The notes under the pieces are model-generated. The model did no database searches. It saw only the letters and a program-made list of their open reading frames with translations, and was not told where the DNA came from. A DNA stretch of 64,000 nucleotides from NCBI GenBank assembly GCA_964016885.1, contig OZ024755.1:10788001-10852000 (forward strand), read 5' to 3'. Positions within the stretch are counted from its first letter, which is position 1; every line of letters starts with the position of its first letter. Position numbers and translations under genes: made by a program. Source of the stretch: Eledone cirrhosa. Taxonomy: Eukaryota. Shown here piece after piece: positions 41,968-59,428 of the stretch.

Positions 41968-42338
41968 TGGTGACAAATATAGGGAAGGAGGCAGAGGATT
42001 TGATGCAGGAAGTTGAGACTGTGTCGATGAGTGTGGGGCTGAGAATGAATGAGACTAAGACAAAATGTCTGGTAGAGAATGTTGCGAAGCCAGAGGGGAT
42101 TACTAATGTAGGCGGGAAGCCGCTGGAATTAGTTGAGGACTTCCTGTATTTGGGAGCAAAGATTGGGAATACGGAAGATGATGTGGTTGAGAGGAAGAGC
42201 AAAGCCTGGGCGGCGTGCCACAGTTTCAGATCGGTGTGGAAGTCGGACCTTCGTGAAGACCTGAAGATCTGCCTCTTCATTGCTGTAGTGGAGTCTGTGC
42301 TGCTGTACGGGTCTGAGACTTGGACACTGACCAAGAAA

Positions 42339-42341
<3 letters not shown>
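41968..42341 (+). mobile_element. RTE-clade LINE reverse-transcriptase/thumb segment, inverted relative to the 3' segment
   Basis: VGLRMNETKTK...VEDFLYLG...KAWAAC...VWKS...VESVLLYGSETWTLTKKL are typical RTE RT C-terminal motifs; ends at (TA)n. Confidence 0.92.
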
Positions 42342-42399
<58 letters not shown>

Positions 42400-42826
42400 T
42401 CGTCGATCTACGTTTACATTTCATTGTATTTCAAAACATATATACATATGAGTATATGTCTGAATAGAAACTTTAAATTTTCCTAGCATTCTTTTTTTAT
42501 GACCAAATATTTTTCTTATTTATTTTCAAGCGCTTAGTGGAAGCGAAAAAAAAGTATTTTTTTCTAGGCCTTACGGAAATCAAACTAGATGTAACATAAG
42601 ATAGCAAGCAGCAAGTGGCATGTTATCGCTATCGTATCTCTACTATGTTCACTGCGATTATACGATTCATTAAACTTGATTCAAACTCGTCTATTTGAAT
42701 TGTGAGCGACATCAGTACACATTTCAACGACAGTCAGCATGTGGTATATAAATTATTTATACACCATATATATGTAATGTATATTATTCTATACATATGT
42801 ATATATACATATATATATACACATAC

Positions 42827-42940
<114 letters not shown>

Positions 42941-42964
42941 CACATACATATATATATATAATAC

Positions 42965-43004
<40 letters not shown>

Positions 43005-43024
43005 CACATACATATATATATATA

Positions 43025-43057
<33 letters not shown>

Positions 43058-43059
43058 AT

Positions 43060-43109
<50 letters not shown>

Positions 43110-43244
43110 CACATACATATATATATACATACATACATATATATATATAAATATATATATGTGTGTGTGTGTGTGTGTGTACATACCAAGATAGAGTGCG
43201 TATATTTTGTTCTTTTACTGGTTTCGTTCTGTCACAGGCCATTC

Positions 43245-43325
43245 TTTCTGAGTTCAAATCCCGCCTAAGTCAACTATCCCTTTCATCCTTTCGAAGTCGA
43301 TAACAAAAGTACAAATCTAGTACTG
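43245..43325 (+). mobile_element. SINE family A fragment
   Basis: CTGAGTTCAAATCCCGCCTAAGTCAACTATCCCTTTCATCCTTTCGAAGTCGATAA. Confidence 0.7.
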
Positions 43326-43880
43326 GAGACGATTCTTCCTCTATATCTCATTCTCATTTCCTCTCTCCCACTTTCTATCCTTCTTTGTAAGAAAGATACT
43401 GTGTCCAGATCTGGGATGGGTTCTGCCAGCTTTAATGCTCTATGTAAACCCCACCTTAATATTGTACGGGATTTTGTATCGTCTCCTTCATCTGATGACT
43501 GTCTGTGACAAATAAAAGAAATAATTCTTCTTTTTCTTCCTCTTCGTCTTCGTCTTCTTTTTCTTTTTCTTTTTCTTTTTCTTTTTCTTTTTCTTTTTCG
43601 TCTTCTTTTTCTCTAACACTACCAGCACCACCACAATCACTGCTACTATTAACACCACCAATACTACAACTACCAACAACATCCACTACTACTACTACTA
43701 CAATTATTATTTCATGAAATATTTACTGTGCGCTGCAAGCAAGAACTACTAATTGTTGTCTTTTCAACAATATTAAAAGTCTCTTACTGTTTCTACGAAT
43801 CAGTCTTTCTCGACAGAAGAGATAGGACGCCATTCAATAACAATAATAATAATAATATGATGATGATGATAATAATAGTG

Positions 43881-43943
<63 letters not shown>

Positions 43944-44142
43944 ATAGTACGAAAGGCGCCATCTAGTAATAATGCATCTGTGCATATTTCTCTCATTGAC
44001 ACTATATGTGGTTATAGGATGCATAAGTGACTATTTTCCCCAAATATAAATAAAGTCTTTCACTCTTTTAGATATTCCATTACAATTTGACGAATTTCCA
44101 ATATGTACACAGACACAAACACAGACACACATATGTATACAA

Positions 44143-44173
<31 letters not shown>

Positions 44174-44177
44174 ATAT

Positions 44178-44475
44178 ACATGGACACACTGGAAGAGGGA
44201 GGCCGAGATTAACGTATGTTGATGCCCTAAGGACAGGCACTGGTCTCTTGGAGACTCAGGACATGGCACCGATAATTGTTTCTACTTTAGGCACAAGGCC
44301 AGCAAATATTCAGTGCATTACTGGTACTTTATTTTATCGACCCCGTAAGGATGAAAGGCAAAGTCAACCTCGGCGGGATTTGAACTCAGATCGTAAAGGA
44401 CATGGCACCGATAATGATGGACAAAGACCGCTGGAGAGAACTCGTCCATGGATCTCGGGAATTTTACACGCCCTA
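44178..44475 (+). mobile_element. RTE 3' end (same family as 41633-41790) interrupted by a SINE
   Basis: HGHTGRGRPRLTYVDALRTGTGLLETQDMA and ...GACCGCTGGAGAGAACTCGTCCATGGATCTCGGGAATTTTAC match the reverse complement of 41633-41790. Confidence 0.88.
44277..44396 (-). mobile_element. 5'-truncated SINE family A nested in RTE fragment, 19-bp TSD
   Basis: TSD AGGACATGGCACCGATAAT at 44258-44276 and 44397-44415. Confidence 0.92.
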
Positions 44476-44490
44476 AAGATATATATATAT

Positions 44491-44543
<53 letters not shown>

Positions 44544-45183
44544 CAAGGCCACCAATGAAGGGGGGGGGATTCGATTAAATCAACCCCAGTGCATTATTCC
44601 GCCAGGAGTATATAACAACAGAGAAAGCCGGTATTAGAGACAGACAGAAAATAAATTATGGCCCTTTCTCTCAAGGAAACATTTAAAGTAGTAGATATTT
44701 ATCGAATGAATTCGTATCAACATTGTATGATTTTTAATTTATTTCATTGTTACCTTTTTTAGGTGAAGGCACTAAGCTCTACCATCACTACAGCTTACAC
44801 ACAAACATAAATACACTCCTTACATCATAGTCCACATCATCTCACCTGGTGATGCTCCACCTGCGATATTTTTCTAACAATATCTCTTTTCTGATGTCTC
44901 GCCTACTCACGTTTCTTTTCTGATGAATACACTTCTTTTTCCATTTCATACAACGTGAACATAAGACGTGGACATAATAACATTCTTTTAATTGTTCTCT
45001 GTGTTGGTTTTCTCTACATATCATTATAGACCTTGCAGTACATACATATATATATGAGTGCGTGTGTGTATGTGTGTGTGTGTGTGTGTATCCGTGAAGA
45101 GAAATGAAATGAAATTTACAGCTCACACCAAGGCAGGTTCAGCTAGTCTCTTGTGAGGTTTTATCTGGTAGGTATCTTGGGTG

Positions 45184-45227
<44 letters not shown>

Positions 45228-46644
45228 GACTAATAATAATAAATTTGAAGACTATATATGTATATATATATATATGTGTGTGTGTATGTGTGTGTAGATA
45301 TTTATATTTATGGGTGTATGTATATATGTGTGTATGTGTCTGTGTGTGTGTAGAGCGTAGGTGTGAATACGTGTGTATTTGTGTGGGTTGTTTTGCAGAT
45401 ATATCCCTCAATTGTTGACAATGTCCAAAGACTTTATATTTGAACTAGTTCAACGAGCTGTTTGTTCAACACGTTTATATAATCGATCAGATTCATTTAT
45501 ATAATCGATCTGTTTCCAATTAGTTAATTAGTGCCTTATGCCTCACCAACTCATCAGCCCAATATAAATAGCTACAAGGCGGGACATACCTATCAATATA
45601 AACAGCTACAAGATCGGATATACATATCAATAATTTTACTAATTTCTAACTTATATACACCAGAAGAAATGTGCCGTGGATAACTGCTAATTCTAACTCC
45701 CCTGCTACAACTGATCTTGTACGATGACCTTAATTTTAGAAATCTCAGAAGGACAAGGACAAAAATGTGATCTGCCCATTTGAAATCACAACGTATGGGC
45801 AGTAAATAATCACACACAAATACACGTATATATATATATATAAATACATACTTAAATATAAACATACATAAATAAATATACATATATATATATATACAAA
45901 CACACGCACACTCATATATATATATATATATATACAAACACACGCACACTCATATATATATATATATATATATATAATCGAATGAATTGTACACATAATG
46001 CGAAAGTTGAAAATATTTGCTCTAACAGTTTGCCTTATTCAAGTATTTCCGGTGTTAATGCATGAATAAATCAAATTGTTAATATATATATATATATGTG
46101 TGTGTGTGTTTCTGTGTGTGTGTTTGTGTGTGTGTTTCTGTGTGTGTGTGTTTGTGTGTGTGTTTCTGTGTGTGTGTGTTTGTGTGTGTGTATGTATATA
46201 TGCATATATGTATGTATGTATACTTAGAATTCTTTGCTTTCGTTGGGAAAAACTACCATAATTCATATTTGAATAAGTCTGATAAATTAGCCTAAGAGAC
46301 AGAAAACATCTACAGTTGCCCCTTAAATTGATCAATATATATATATATATAGTTCGGGCCTCTGCTCAGTTATTGGTTTTCAAAATCCCACTGACAATGC
46401 AATGGTCTCTCCAAAGCTATACTCTGCAGTGGATTTCATCCGACAAGAAACCGTGTAATTGTGACGTACATATTTTTCACTCTACAGCTATGCCTTCACC
46501 TATCATTAATAAAATTGTTTATCATGAATATATCCACTATTGATCATATCGATCGCACATATTGTGTAACTTTGTTGTCAATTTATATATAAATGATTAA
46601 TCTTTCTTTCTGAGATTTAGCATTATGCAATAAGCCTTTTAAGA

Positions 46645-46795
46645 CGACGAATCGGCAGAATCGTTAGAACGTTAGATAGATTGTTTGTGGTATTCGTTCT
46701 GGCTCTCTTTTGACCTGAGTTCCAATACCACTGAGGTCAATGTTTCTATTTCAAGGTCAATAAATAAAGTAACTCTCTAATACGAGGATCGATTA
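46645..46795 (+). mobile_element. Degenerate SINE family A copy
   Basis: GGCAGAATCGTTAGA...CTGAGTTCCAATACCACTGAGGTCAA...GGTCAATAAATAAAGTA. Confidence 0.5.
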
Positions 46796-46878
46796 TTCCA
46801 CATCTTTCTTTCACTGTCTCTATCTATCTATCATATCTATCTATCTATCTCTCTCTCTATCTATCTATCTATCTCTCC

Positions 46879-46925
<47 letters not shown>

Positions 46926-46970
46926 GAGTAAATCAGACAAAGTTAGATTACCATTTATTAATAGATATAG

Positions 46971-47069
<99 letters not shown>

Positions 47070-48129
47070 TCTCTCTCTCTCTATCTATCTCTTTCTCTGT
47101 CTTTCAGTTTATCTCTCTATCTATTTTCTATTTAATTTCTCTTTTTCGGATTATTATAGAGGAATAATAACAATGCAATGAGAGAAATTTACGTTTGCAT
47201 ATTGTTTATAAAAAAATATTTAACTTGGCTCACTAGCTCACGGAGTTAAAGTTCTACGGTTAATGAACCCGGGTTTGTAACCGCTGACCTATTCGCTTTA
47301 ATTGAAAGAAATATTGCCAGAGAAAGTGTAAAGTCTTAACGAAGAGTCGAAGATCTAATTTATATACGTTGTAGAATTGATATCCCTCTAATGTCTCTTT
47401 CTATTGCTATATTCCACCCCTCACAATCTCCACCTTTTTATCACCATTCACTGAAAATCGACTCACATTGACATGAAAATTACATGTTTTGTTATAGTTC
47501 AATAGAAGATAGACATATTGAGATAAGTAAATTGCATCATTAATCTACATTCAGAAACAAATATGCACACATATACCCACACATCACCCACTCACACAAA
47601 CTAACACATACACATACACATGCACGTACTGACAATACCTCGGTGTTATAAATATATGTATGTATATACAGCATGCTAGACAGAAGTTTAACGAAAGTGG
47701 AGCGAAAAACATAACAAATAAATACAAACATATATAATACAAAAGATGGAGAAAATCAAACAGATGGCCGGACATATCGCTATGAATGTCTTATTATACA
47801 GCAACAAGTACTGGAAAGTCTAGAAAGTAAGAAGTGGTTAGTGAGTCAACGAGTGGAGACTTAATATATAGACATGTACACAAAGGAACTCACAAACCTA
47901 CACACTCACACGCACTGTGAAAACGAGACGGAAGATGAATGATGTTGAGTTAAGGACATTTAATAAGTATATATATATATATATATATATATTGTGTGTG
48001 CGTATTTATAAATATATATATATATATATTGTGTGTATATATATTATATATACACATATTCAAAGGTACACGTTCGCATACACACACAAACATACAAGCA
48101 CACATATTTATATATACATATTAATATTT

Positions 48130-49645
<1,516 letters not shown>

Positions 49646-49819
49646 CATGACATGAAACGTCTGTTATACCAACATTAATAATGTTACTATTATCATACCA
49701 CTGTTAATGACTGTGAAATACAAGTCCTACCTGCTACCTACTAATGTGTTCTTGCTTATTGTTGCAGCTTTTATCGACTGATGTCCATCTTCTGGTCAAC
49801 AATTGTCGTTTGTTGTAGG

Positions 49820-50279
49820 AGGTGGTGGTGGTGGTGGTGATCTTCGTCGCCGTGGTGGTGGTGGTGGCGTCGGTCGTCGTCGTCGTCGTGGCGTCGGTCG
49901 TCGTCGTCGTGTTTTTTGTTGTAGGTGGTGGTGCTGTTAAGGGTGATGCTGGTGGTGGTGGTGATGATGATGAATTTATTGGTGGTGGTCGTGGTGGTGG
50001 TGGTGGTGGAGGTCTTAAGTGTGATGCTGATAGTGGTGATGATGATGAATTTATTGGTGGTGGTGGTGGTGGTGGTGTTAAGAGTGATGCTGCTAGTGGT
50101 GATGATGATGAATTTATTGGTGGTGGTGGTGGTGGTGGTAGTGTTAAGAGTGATGCTGCTAGTGGTGATCATGATGAATTTATTGGTGGTGGTGGTTCTA
50201 CAGGTGGTGGTTCTATGGATGGTGGTTGTGTTGTTGTAGGTGATGGTGCTGTCAAGGTTGATGCTAGTGGTGATGATGA

Positions 50280-50334
<55 letters not shown>

Positions 50335-50410
50335 AGTGATGGCGGTGTCGGTGATGATGTTGCTGTTGGTGGTGAGAACTATGGTGATGTTGATGTTGCT
50401 GGTGGTAGTG
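49820..50410. repeat. (GGT)/(GAT)/(GTT) low-complexity region with ~60-bp higher-order repeat x4
   Basis: Unit approximately TTAAGAGTGATGCTGCTAGTGGTGATGATGATGAATTTATT(GGT)n between ~49935 and 50195. Confidence 0.9.
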
Positions 50411-50777
50411 ACCGTGGCGCTTGGTGTTGCCGGTGTTAGTTGTAGAGTTGATAATGGTGTGGGTGCACTTAATAGTAATGGTATTGCTGGTGATAGAAAT
50501 GTGGAGCTTTTAGAGGTCGTTGTATTAGGTGTGGCGGTAATGACATTGATGCTAATGATGATGAAGGTGGTGATGATGAATTATGTGATGATAATAATAA
50601 TACAGATCTTTATAAGGATGACGAAGATGATGCTGTTGACGATTATGATGATAAAGATGTCTATATTATTGATATTATTTTTTGCCCCAATCTTCATTCT
50701 TCTTCATCAACATCATTGTTCTTCCTCATTCACATCAAATGTGTCAGATATTGATAGCTGAAAATGTATTAGATTTT

Positions 50778-51080
50778 ATCATCACCATCATCGATATCAT
50801 CAGCAACATCATGATCACCATTTACCACCGTCTTCTTCTCATCATCTTCATCGCCATCATCATCACCATAATCATCGTCACCACCATCATCATTACAATC
50901 ATCTACATCAGAATCACCATTTCCCACCGTCTTCTTCTCATCCTCTTCATCACCATCATCATCACCATCATCATCGTCACCACCATCATCATTACAATCA
51001 TCTACATCAGAATCACCATTCCACTCAGTCGTCTTCTCGCCGTCTTCATCATTATCATTATCATCATCATCATCAACATC
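50778..51080. repeat. (CAT)-rich tract with ~100-bp tandem duplication
   Basis: CACCGTCTTCTTCTCATC...ATCTACATCAGAATCACCATT occurs twice in tandem. Confidence 0.85.
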
Positions 51081-51533
51081 GACATCACAGTTCTCCTTAG
51101 TCTCCCATCTTCTGTTTCATATAACAATAATTTCTTTATTAGCCACACAGGGCTCACATTAAGGAAACATTTAAGACTGTACAAGATGTATGCATTTACT
51201 AATAAGTCTCTATATAATGCAAAAGGGTTTATTTAAAACAGTAGTCAATACAAATGTACAATCTGTAAATACATATGTTAATTCTGAGACGAGATGGTGT
51301 AACAAAGTGTTAGTGGGATGGTTAGCAATTAAATGATATGGGGTAGCATGTAGGTGGCGTATGGTACAGGAGAGAGGAATATATAGAGTCAGAAGAAGGG
51401 AGGGGAGATATAGAGAAAGAGGAAGAAAAGCAGAAAAAGATATATTAATTATAAGAACCAACTAACCTTAACTACAGAGATAGCGGTCGATCCTCTACTT
51501 ATATATACATATCTATCTATCTATGTATATATG

Positions 51534-52400
<867 letters not shown>

Positions 52401-53973
52401 ATGAATATACACACACGTGTATATATATATATGTCTGTGCGTGCATGTATTTTTGCATGTATGCTTTCTGTTGTAAGAACATATTAAGGCGCTTAATAGA
52501 CCATTCTCTTAGAATTATATCGAGTGAGCCTGACATGTTTATACATGTGTAAAGTAAACAGGGATTACATTTCCGGACCATAGTTTCGTTCAATCGGCTT
52601 TTTAACAATTCCCTTTTTTATGTTTGCTCCACTGAACACATCAGTAGATTAAAACGAAATACCTGTTAATAATGTCAATTGCAAATGCTTCCTATTCACT
52701 TGACAGTAGAATTCAATGTTAACATGATCACTTGATTCGAGAATGTATTGATCATGATTAACATCAATAACTGTCATTTTGTTTTTTTATCATAATCCGC
52801 TGATCATGTAACATCAACCAAAGTGGCGCTTATACGGAACCTTGGTTCGGATATATAAACCCGTCCTTTCTTCTTGCACAAAAATAAAACGGCGAAAACA
52901 CATCCACACACACACTCTCTCTCTCACGCATACACACACGCACACACACACGCACACGCACATACACACACATATATATATATATGAATGTATGTATGTA
53001 TACATTTGTCAGCTGTATTATATATTAATGTTTTAACTCTCATTGAACATGAAAGATAAGATACGTGACACAAGCGGAGGTCCAGTTGGACATATAATCA
53101 TCGATAAATTTACAGATAACAGAGTCTGACATAGATCTCCTTCGATTTCGACGATGATTATTTTCCAGTTATTCCTGCAACAAAACCACCTCACATGAAA
53201 TTTGCATGGAAGTGTTTGAGCATTTTATAAACACTTTGAATCTTAAAAATCCGATCCTTTGAAATGCATGCACTGTCTATATGTTTATGTCTAACCAGTT
53301 TCCATGTACACAATATACAATTTCACTGACAAGGCATGAATAAATCCAAGGATTGTTCAACATGCCACACAGTGGGATGAAACTGGAAACCTCTTGATTG
53401 CGTAGTGAACGTTTCAGCCATTAAGCCAATCCTGAGTCAACATACTCATAAACAGATAGCTCAAGTGTATTTAAACAAAGATTTTGAATGTAGATGAACT
53501 GCGGCTCAGCAGAACCAAAAGATTCAGATGAAATTTATAGTTTTCCCCATCAGTTATCTACCTTTGTGTTTAAGATATGTATATAAATTGCCCTCTTCTC
53601 TTTTTACATATCATAATACAATTGTACTGTGATATTTAAATCAATAGTGCATTTTACTCGGTAGCTATGCCTAATAGATACAATATAAAAATATGGAACA
53701 AATGGAAATGTTCCGCAGAGAAATAGCTCATTGTGTTAATTCCTCAGGAGACGTTCATCTAAAGGCTGTAAGTCAAGGAACATTCATTAGTGATACATTA
53801 AAATATGAAGTATAACATTCAATTCCATTCTGTACTTCTCTTGAGCTTACTTAAGATGTAATATAAGCCTAGAACAAGAGGTTCATATAACGCCTGTCAT
53901 GTTCTAAAGTTATCACACACATACACACACAATACATATACTTTCTATGCATACGTACACAACGCCAGTGTGC

Positions 53974-54004
<31 letters not shown>

Positions 54005-54030
54005 CTTCATATGCTTACGTACACAACCCC

Positions 54031-54071
<41 letters not shown>

Positions 54072-54083
54072 GTGATTGTGTGA

Positions 54084-54250
<167 letters not shown>

Positions 54251-57246
54251 AGAAGAAGAAAAAGAAAAAGAAAAAGAAGACTGATTTTGGCATTCATTTT
54301 GATTAATTGTTCTCCTAAATTTGCGATGACTTATTTTAGTTTTATCAAATATGGCTTTACCAATTCCCTAGCCAATTCTATGCCGTCTTGGAGACTTTAT
54401 ATTGCTGGGGCCATTGCCAGGAAGAATAATACTGCCTGCAATGATGGATAGCCTCAGCACTAGTTTTACTTTCCTTTAAAAACGTAACCTCTGGGGGGTC
54501 GTAAGGGCGCGGTCTCGGGGACTTTAAACCTGACGGAATGCATCCCCTCTCCAAGAACACAACAGAAGTTTTCAAGAGAAGGGGAGAGTAAGTGAGTATG
54601 TGAGAAAGAAATATAGAGGAGTAATTGACCCCAATACTGCACTGCTACATTTTTATTGACCTTGAAATGATGAAAGTCAAAGTTAATCTCAGTGGAATTT
54701 GTATTCGAATAGCAAAGAGACAGTAGGCAAATGATCGTTAAATCACACTTGTATATTCGTAAAATATGATATATCTCTTTGCATAATGTATTTCTGGATA
54801 AATTATCTCTAGAAATATAACTGGGTGGACACAGCTGCAATGAATTAGATCGGGAATCCCTGAAAGTCTGAGACCTTTGACCCTTTCGTGGAATCCTTGA
54901 GTCCAACCATCCGCCATCTCTCATCGACCTTCAAGGACGTAATATATAAACCATTAAACAAATACATATTAAATTGATGATAAACTCTAAATATATATAT
55001 CAGAAATTTGTATATGGAATTTATATTTTATTGTATGTATTTCATTGCTTATACAAACGCTGGGTTTGGTCTCAAAGGCTTAATAGACCCATACGATTGA
55101 TCCACTCACCCATGGGAATCCTAAGTTGTGAAATATGTAGTTTTCTAGTAATTGAGAACATACTTGCAGGCAACAGGTGGGAAAATCTTCCATATAATTT
55201 GAACCATGAATCTTTTTAATATAGCACACTAGTGCGGCAGTCATCATATATTTAGTTATGAAGAGATGTCTATATGTTTGCTGCATCACATGTCTTTCAG
55301 CTATATCTTCATTTGAACCTTCGAATCTGTATCCTAATAGGAGATTCAACTACGAAGGAAGTTATATCGCTTCCTTTCATGAAGTTAAACCCCTTCAGGA
55401 AAATATAATATTGCAAGAAATTAGAAATAATATCGTCACTATCACAACGCTATCTTCTTACTCATTGAAGGCTTATATTCATGGAATAAATCAATATTTT
55501 GATCATGATGTACTTAAAGTATTCATTAATAATTTATAGAATTTTCAATGCTTTTATCACGCAAAACGAAAAGGAAATCTTTATTTGCTTCCACTGAAAT
55601 ATTTGTCGTTGCTAAACATTTCAGAAGACTGGGAGGCCATGTAAGATGTCACATCATCGTGAAAACATTTGAAATATCATTTAATATGTATAAATACATA
55701 TCTTTGCCTGCTCTCTATCACCCCACTTTCCCTAAATAAATGGATGTCTTTTATGTGATTTTAAGTAAACATTCATAGCATGAGGTGTCATTAAGATGGC
55801 AGTGATAAGGTCGTTAGATCTTTTCTTTTCACACACGCCATGCTCAGTTCTTGTTTTAATACATTCAGCACTGCATGCTGTATTTTCAACAAATATAATC
55901 AAGTAGTAAAATTGTGCAGGAGATCTCAGTAAGGATGTTGGCTCTATCCTGGCAAGCGTATGCTTCATTCCTGTGATCATCTTGCATTTCTTTCTTTTTT
56001 TTCCAAAGAATTTCATAAAGGTTATAATTCCCATCTCTACAAGACCGGGGGGAAGGTGTTGATCAGCCAACGATTTTCTTCACAGGAACAAACCTAAGTC
56101 TGGAGGTAAAAAAGGTTTCACGGGCAAAAGATTTTCACAAGCAGAAATCTCAAGTTAGAAACATTTCAGAGTCACTAACCTATTTCTCAAGATACATAAT
56201 GATCTCAATGCATGACATTTGCACAGGCCTATGTCTGTTTATCAAAGTAGAAACAGTAGAATTCTACCTCTCAAAGTAGAATATGTACACAGGCAGAAAC
56301 ATCCCCTGGAGGGAAAAAATGTTCACCGATTTCTTAAAGTAAACAGTTTTCCCAGTTACAACCTTCTGAAGGTAAACAAATTTCACATTCAGAAATCTAC
56401 CTCTGAATGTCGTAAAAGTTCCCGTAGAGAAACCTCATTTTCAGATAACATGAGGAGGCAACACCATCTAAACTTTGAAATCACTGACAGCATTTTCTAT
56501 GGAAAATATAGCATACTCTGCTCACATATACTGAATGCACATTCAATTAATGTTTGACCGTTCTATGTAGGCGTGTATATAAATTGCCCTCTTCTCTTTC
56601 TCTCTCTCTATCTCTCTCTCTATCTCTTTCTCTCTCTCTCTTCTGTATATATATATTGATTGTCACTCTTGCCTTTGTTTGGTTGATTTAAGCATTGTTA
56701 TTGTTCAACATTTACTCCTCCTCTTGATACCGATGTACTGACAGTCATAACTACTGTTAAAAAGGTTATCCTACTTATCACATTAAGTGTGTTCGATGCT
56801 TAGTTGAGTATTGTTATATAACTAGCTTATCTAATACACATATAGAGAGGAAAAGATACAGAGAGAAGGGGAGTATACATGGTTTTGACTTCAAGCCCCA
56901 TCTATGTCGAAGACGGGATCCTTTAGTTGTCAGATTCATGTGTTTACTCTTGGGGGCTATGAAAGAAAAATTAATTTTAACCATGGTTTGAAGTATTTTC
57001 CTTTATAGCCTTAATTAATTCATATGCTTAATGTTCGTGTTACATAACAATCACTAGACTTCTACTACAGAATACTTCTGATGTTCTGTCTACGCTGGCA
57101 GTTCCCTCTATGTGTGTTCGTGTGAGATAATTTCTTGTTGGAAAATGTTCTGCGTATATATGTAGTTATATGTAAATGTGTGTGCTTGATCGACGAGTCT
57201 TTCAGCATATATGGAAATCCTTTATTATCGTTATTCTAAGAATTAA

Positions 57247-57289
<43 letters not shown>

Positions 57290-57444
57290 GTGTGTGTGTG
57301 TGTATGTGTATGTGTGTGTGTGTCTGCATATATATCGTTCTTTGTGCAATTCTTTGTGAAATGAGTGTGGTAATTGGTTCAGATAGGCGTGCATGTTTCT
57401 TTCTGAATAAGAGTATATATATATATATAATATATATATGTATG

Positions 57445-57484
<40 letters not shown>

Positions 57485-57504
57485 GGGATATATATATATA
57501 TAAG

Positions 57505-57711
57505 GAACGGTCGACTTTCGTCAAATCGGACCGAGGAAATAATGTTTCCGTTGGTCTTTCCAATTGCTAATACTATTTATCGGTCGCAACTCCAGGTAGA
57601 AGGAGCAACGTGAAATAAAGTGTCTTGCTCAAGGACATAACGCATCGCCTGGTCCAGGAATCGAACTCACAACCTCAGGATTGCGAATCCAATTCTCTAA
57701 CCACTCAGCCA
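57505..57711 (-). mobile_element. tRNA-derived CORE-like SINE
   Basis: Minus strand GTGGCTGAGTGGTTAGAG (A box) ... GAGTTCGATTCCT (B box) ... TGTCCTTGAGCAAGACACTT (CORE-like); TA tracts on both sides. Confidence 0.82.
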
Positions 57712-57918
57712 CACATATATATAATATATATGTATGTATGTGTGTATATATATATATATATATATGTATATGTATATGTATATATATATATGTATATATA
57801 TATATGTATATATATATATATGTATATATATGTATATATATATATGTATATATATGTATATATATGTATATATATATATGTATATGTATATGTATATGTA
57901 TATATGTATATGTATATA

Positions 57919-57976
<58 letters not shown>

Positions 57977-58207
57977 TACATATATATATATATATACACA
58001 TACATATATATATATACACACACACATACATATATATATATATACACACACACATATATATATATATATATACACACACATACATATATATATATATTGG
58101 GTATTTTATCTGAGAATCTACATAAAGGATTGACATTATACGATATAATGTTGTGTGTGCAAGACTAATGTGTTCTTACAAAGCGAATTTGTGCATTAGA
58201 GAATACT

Positions 58208-58334
<127 letters not shown>

Positions 58335-58733
58335 TTTATGCATGTACCGTTTTGCTCAATTGCGTATGTACGTATATATGCGTAATGAGCAAACGTCTTT
58401 ACATGTATGAATGTGCCTGTGCATCTATTCATGTGTGTGTATGTTACTCCTTGTTTGCCATTTTCTATTGCATAATATTTCTAACAATGGTCCAAACCTA
58501 GTTTGGCTATTGTCAATCTATTTTACCCTTTCCTTCTATCTTTCAGTGTCTTACTCTTGTTTGTTCTATTCTTGTGTTGTATTTTTTTGTGGGGAGAACT
58601 ATATATATTTACCTATCCATCAATCGTGCTATTTATCTACACATAGATACACATATACGCACAGATACACACAGATACACACACACACACACACACACGC
58701 ACACACACACACACACACCCGTATGTATATATA

Positions 58734-58765
<32 letters not shown>

Positions 58766-59259
58766 CATACATACACACACACATATATGTAGGTATAGAT
58801 ATAGATATATGCCTATGTGTGTGTGTATATCTCTGCATACCTATCTATATCTATCTGTATATCCATCAATCTGTCTGTCAACTATCTATATATGAGGTGT
58901 ATTTATATGTCCCTGTGTATGTGTGTATGTATGAATGTATATATATATGTATCTATGTATCGAAACTAATAAACCTTTGTTCGTACTGCCTCTCTGTTTT
59001 GTTCCCGTTCCATTTTTCAATATATATATATATATATGTGTGTGTATGTGTGTGAATGAGTATAATTTAGAAATATGCCCCAATATATTGTATTTTATTG
59101 CAATAATTCAGAAATCTATACGTCAATGACTACATTCATACATACACACATACACAGAGACATATAAATACACCTCATATATAGATAGTATATAAATATA
59201 TAAATGTATATATATATATAAATGTATATATATAAATGTATATATATATATGTGTATAT

Positions 59260-59315
<56 letters not shown>

Positions 59316-59392
59316 CGAGTCTACGTTTCTGTATTTGTATGTGCATATGTGGGCCCAAGCTTTTGCGTCACCATTTCCCTTTTTATAGTTCA

Positions 59393-59428
<36 letters not shown>

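Noticed and set aside
49771-51236. Gly/Asp/Val-, Thr- or Ile-rich ORFs with apparent peptide repeats
   Set aside because: Trinucleotide low-complexity DNA open in multiple frames on both strands; no splice or domain evidence.
54378-56557. Several 60-150 aa ORFs as exons of a gene
   Set aside because: They occur on both strands, none is recognisable, and there is no consistent splice structure; kept only as an unclassified block in findings.
57640-57711. tRNA gene
   Set aside because: A and B boxes are present but run directly into a CORE-like SINE body, with no clean acceptor stem or terminator; called as a SINE head.
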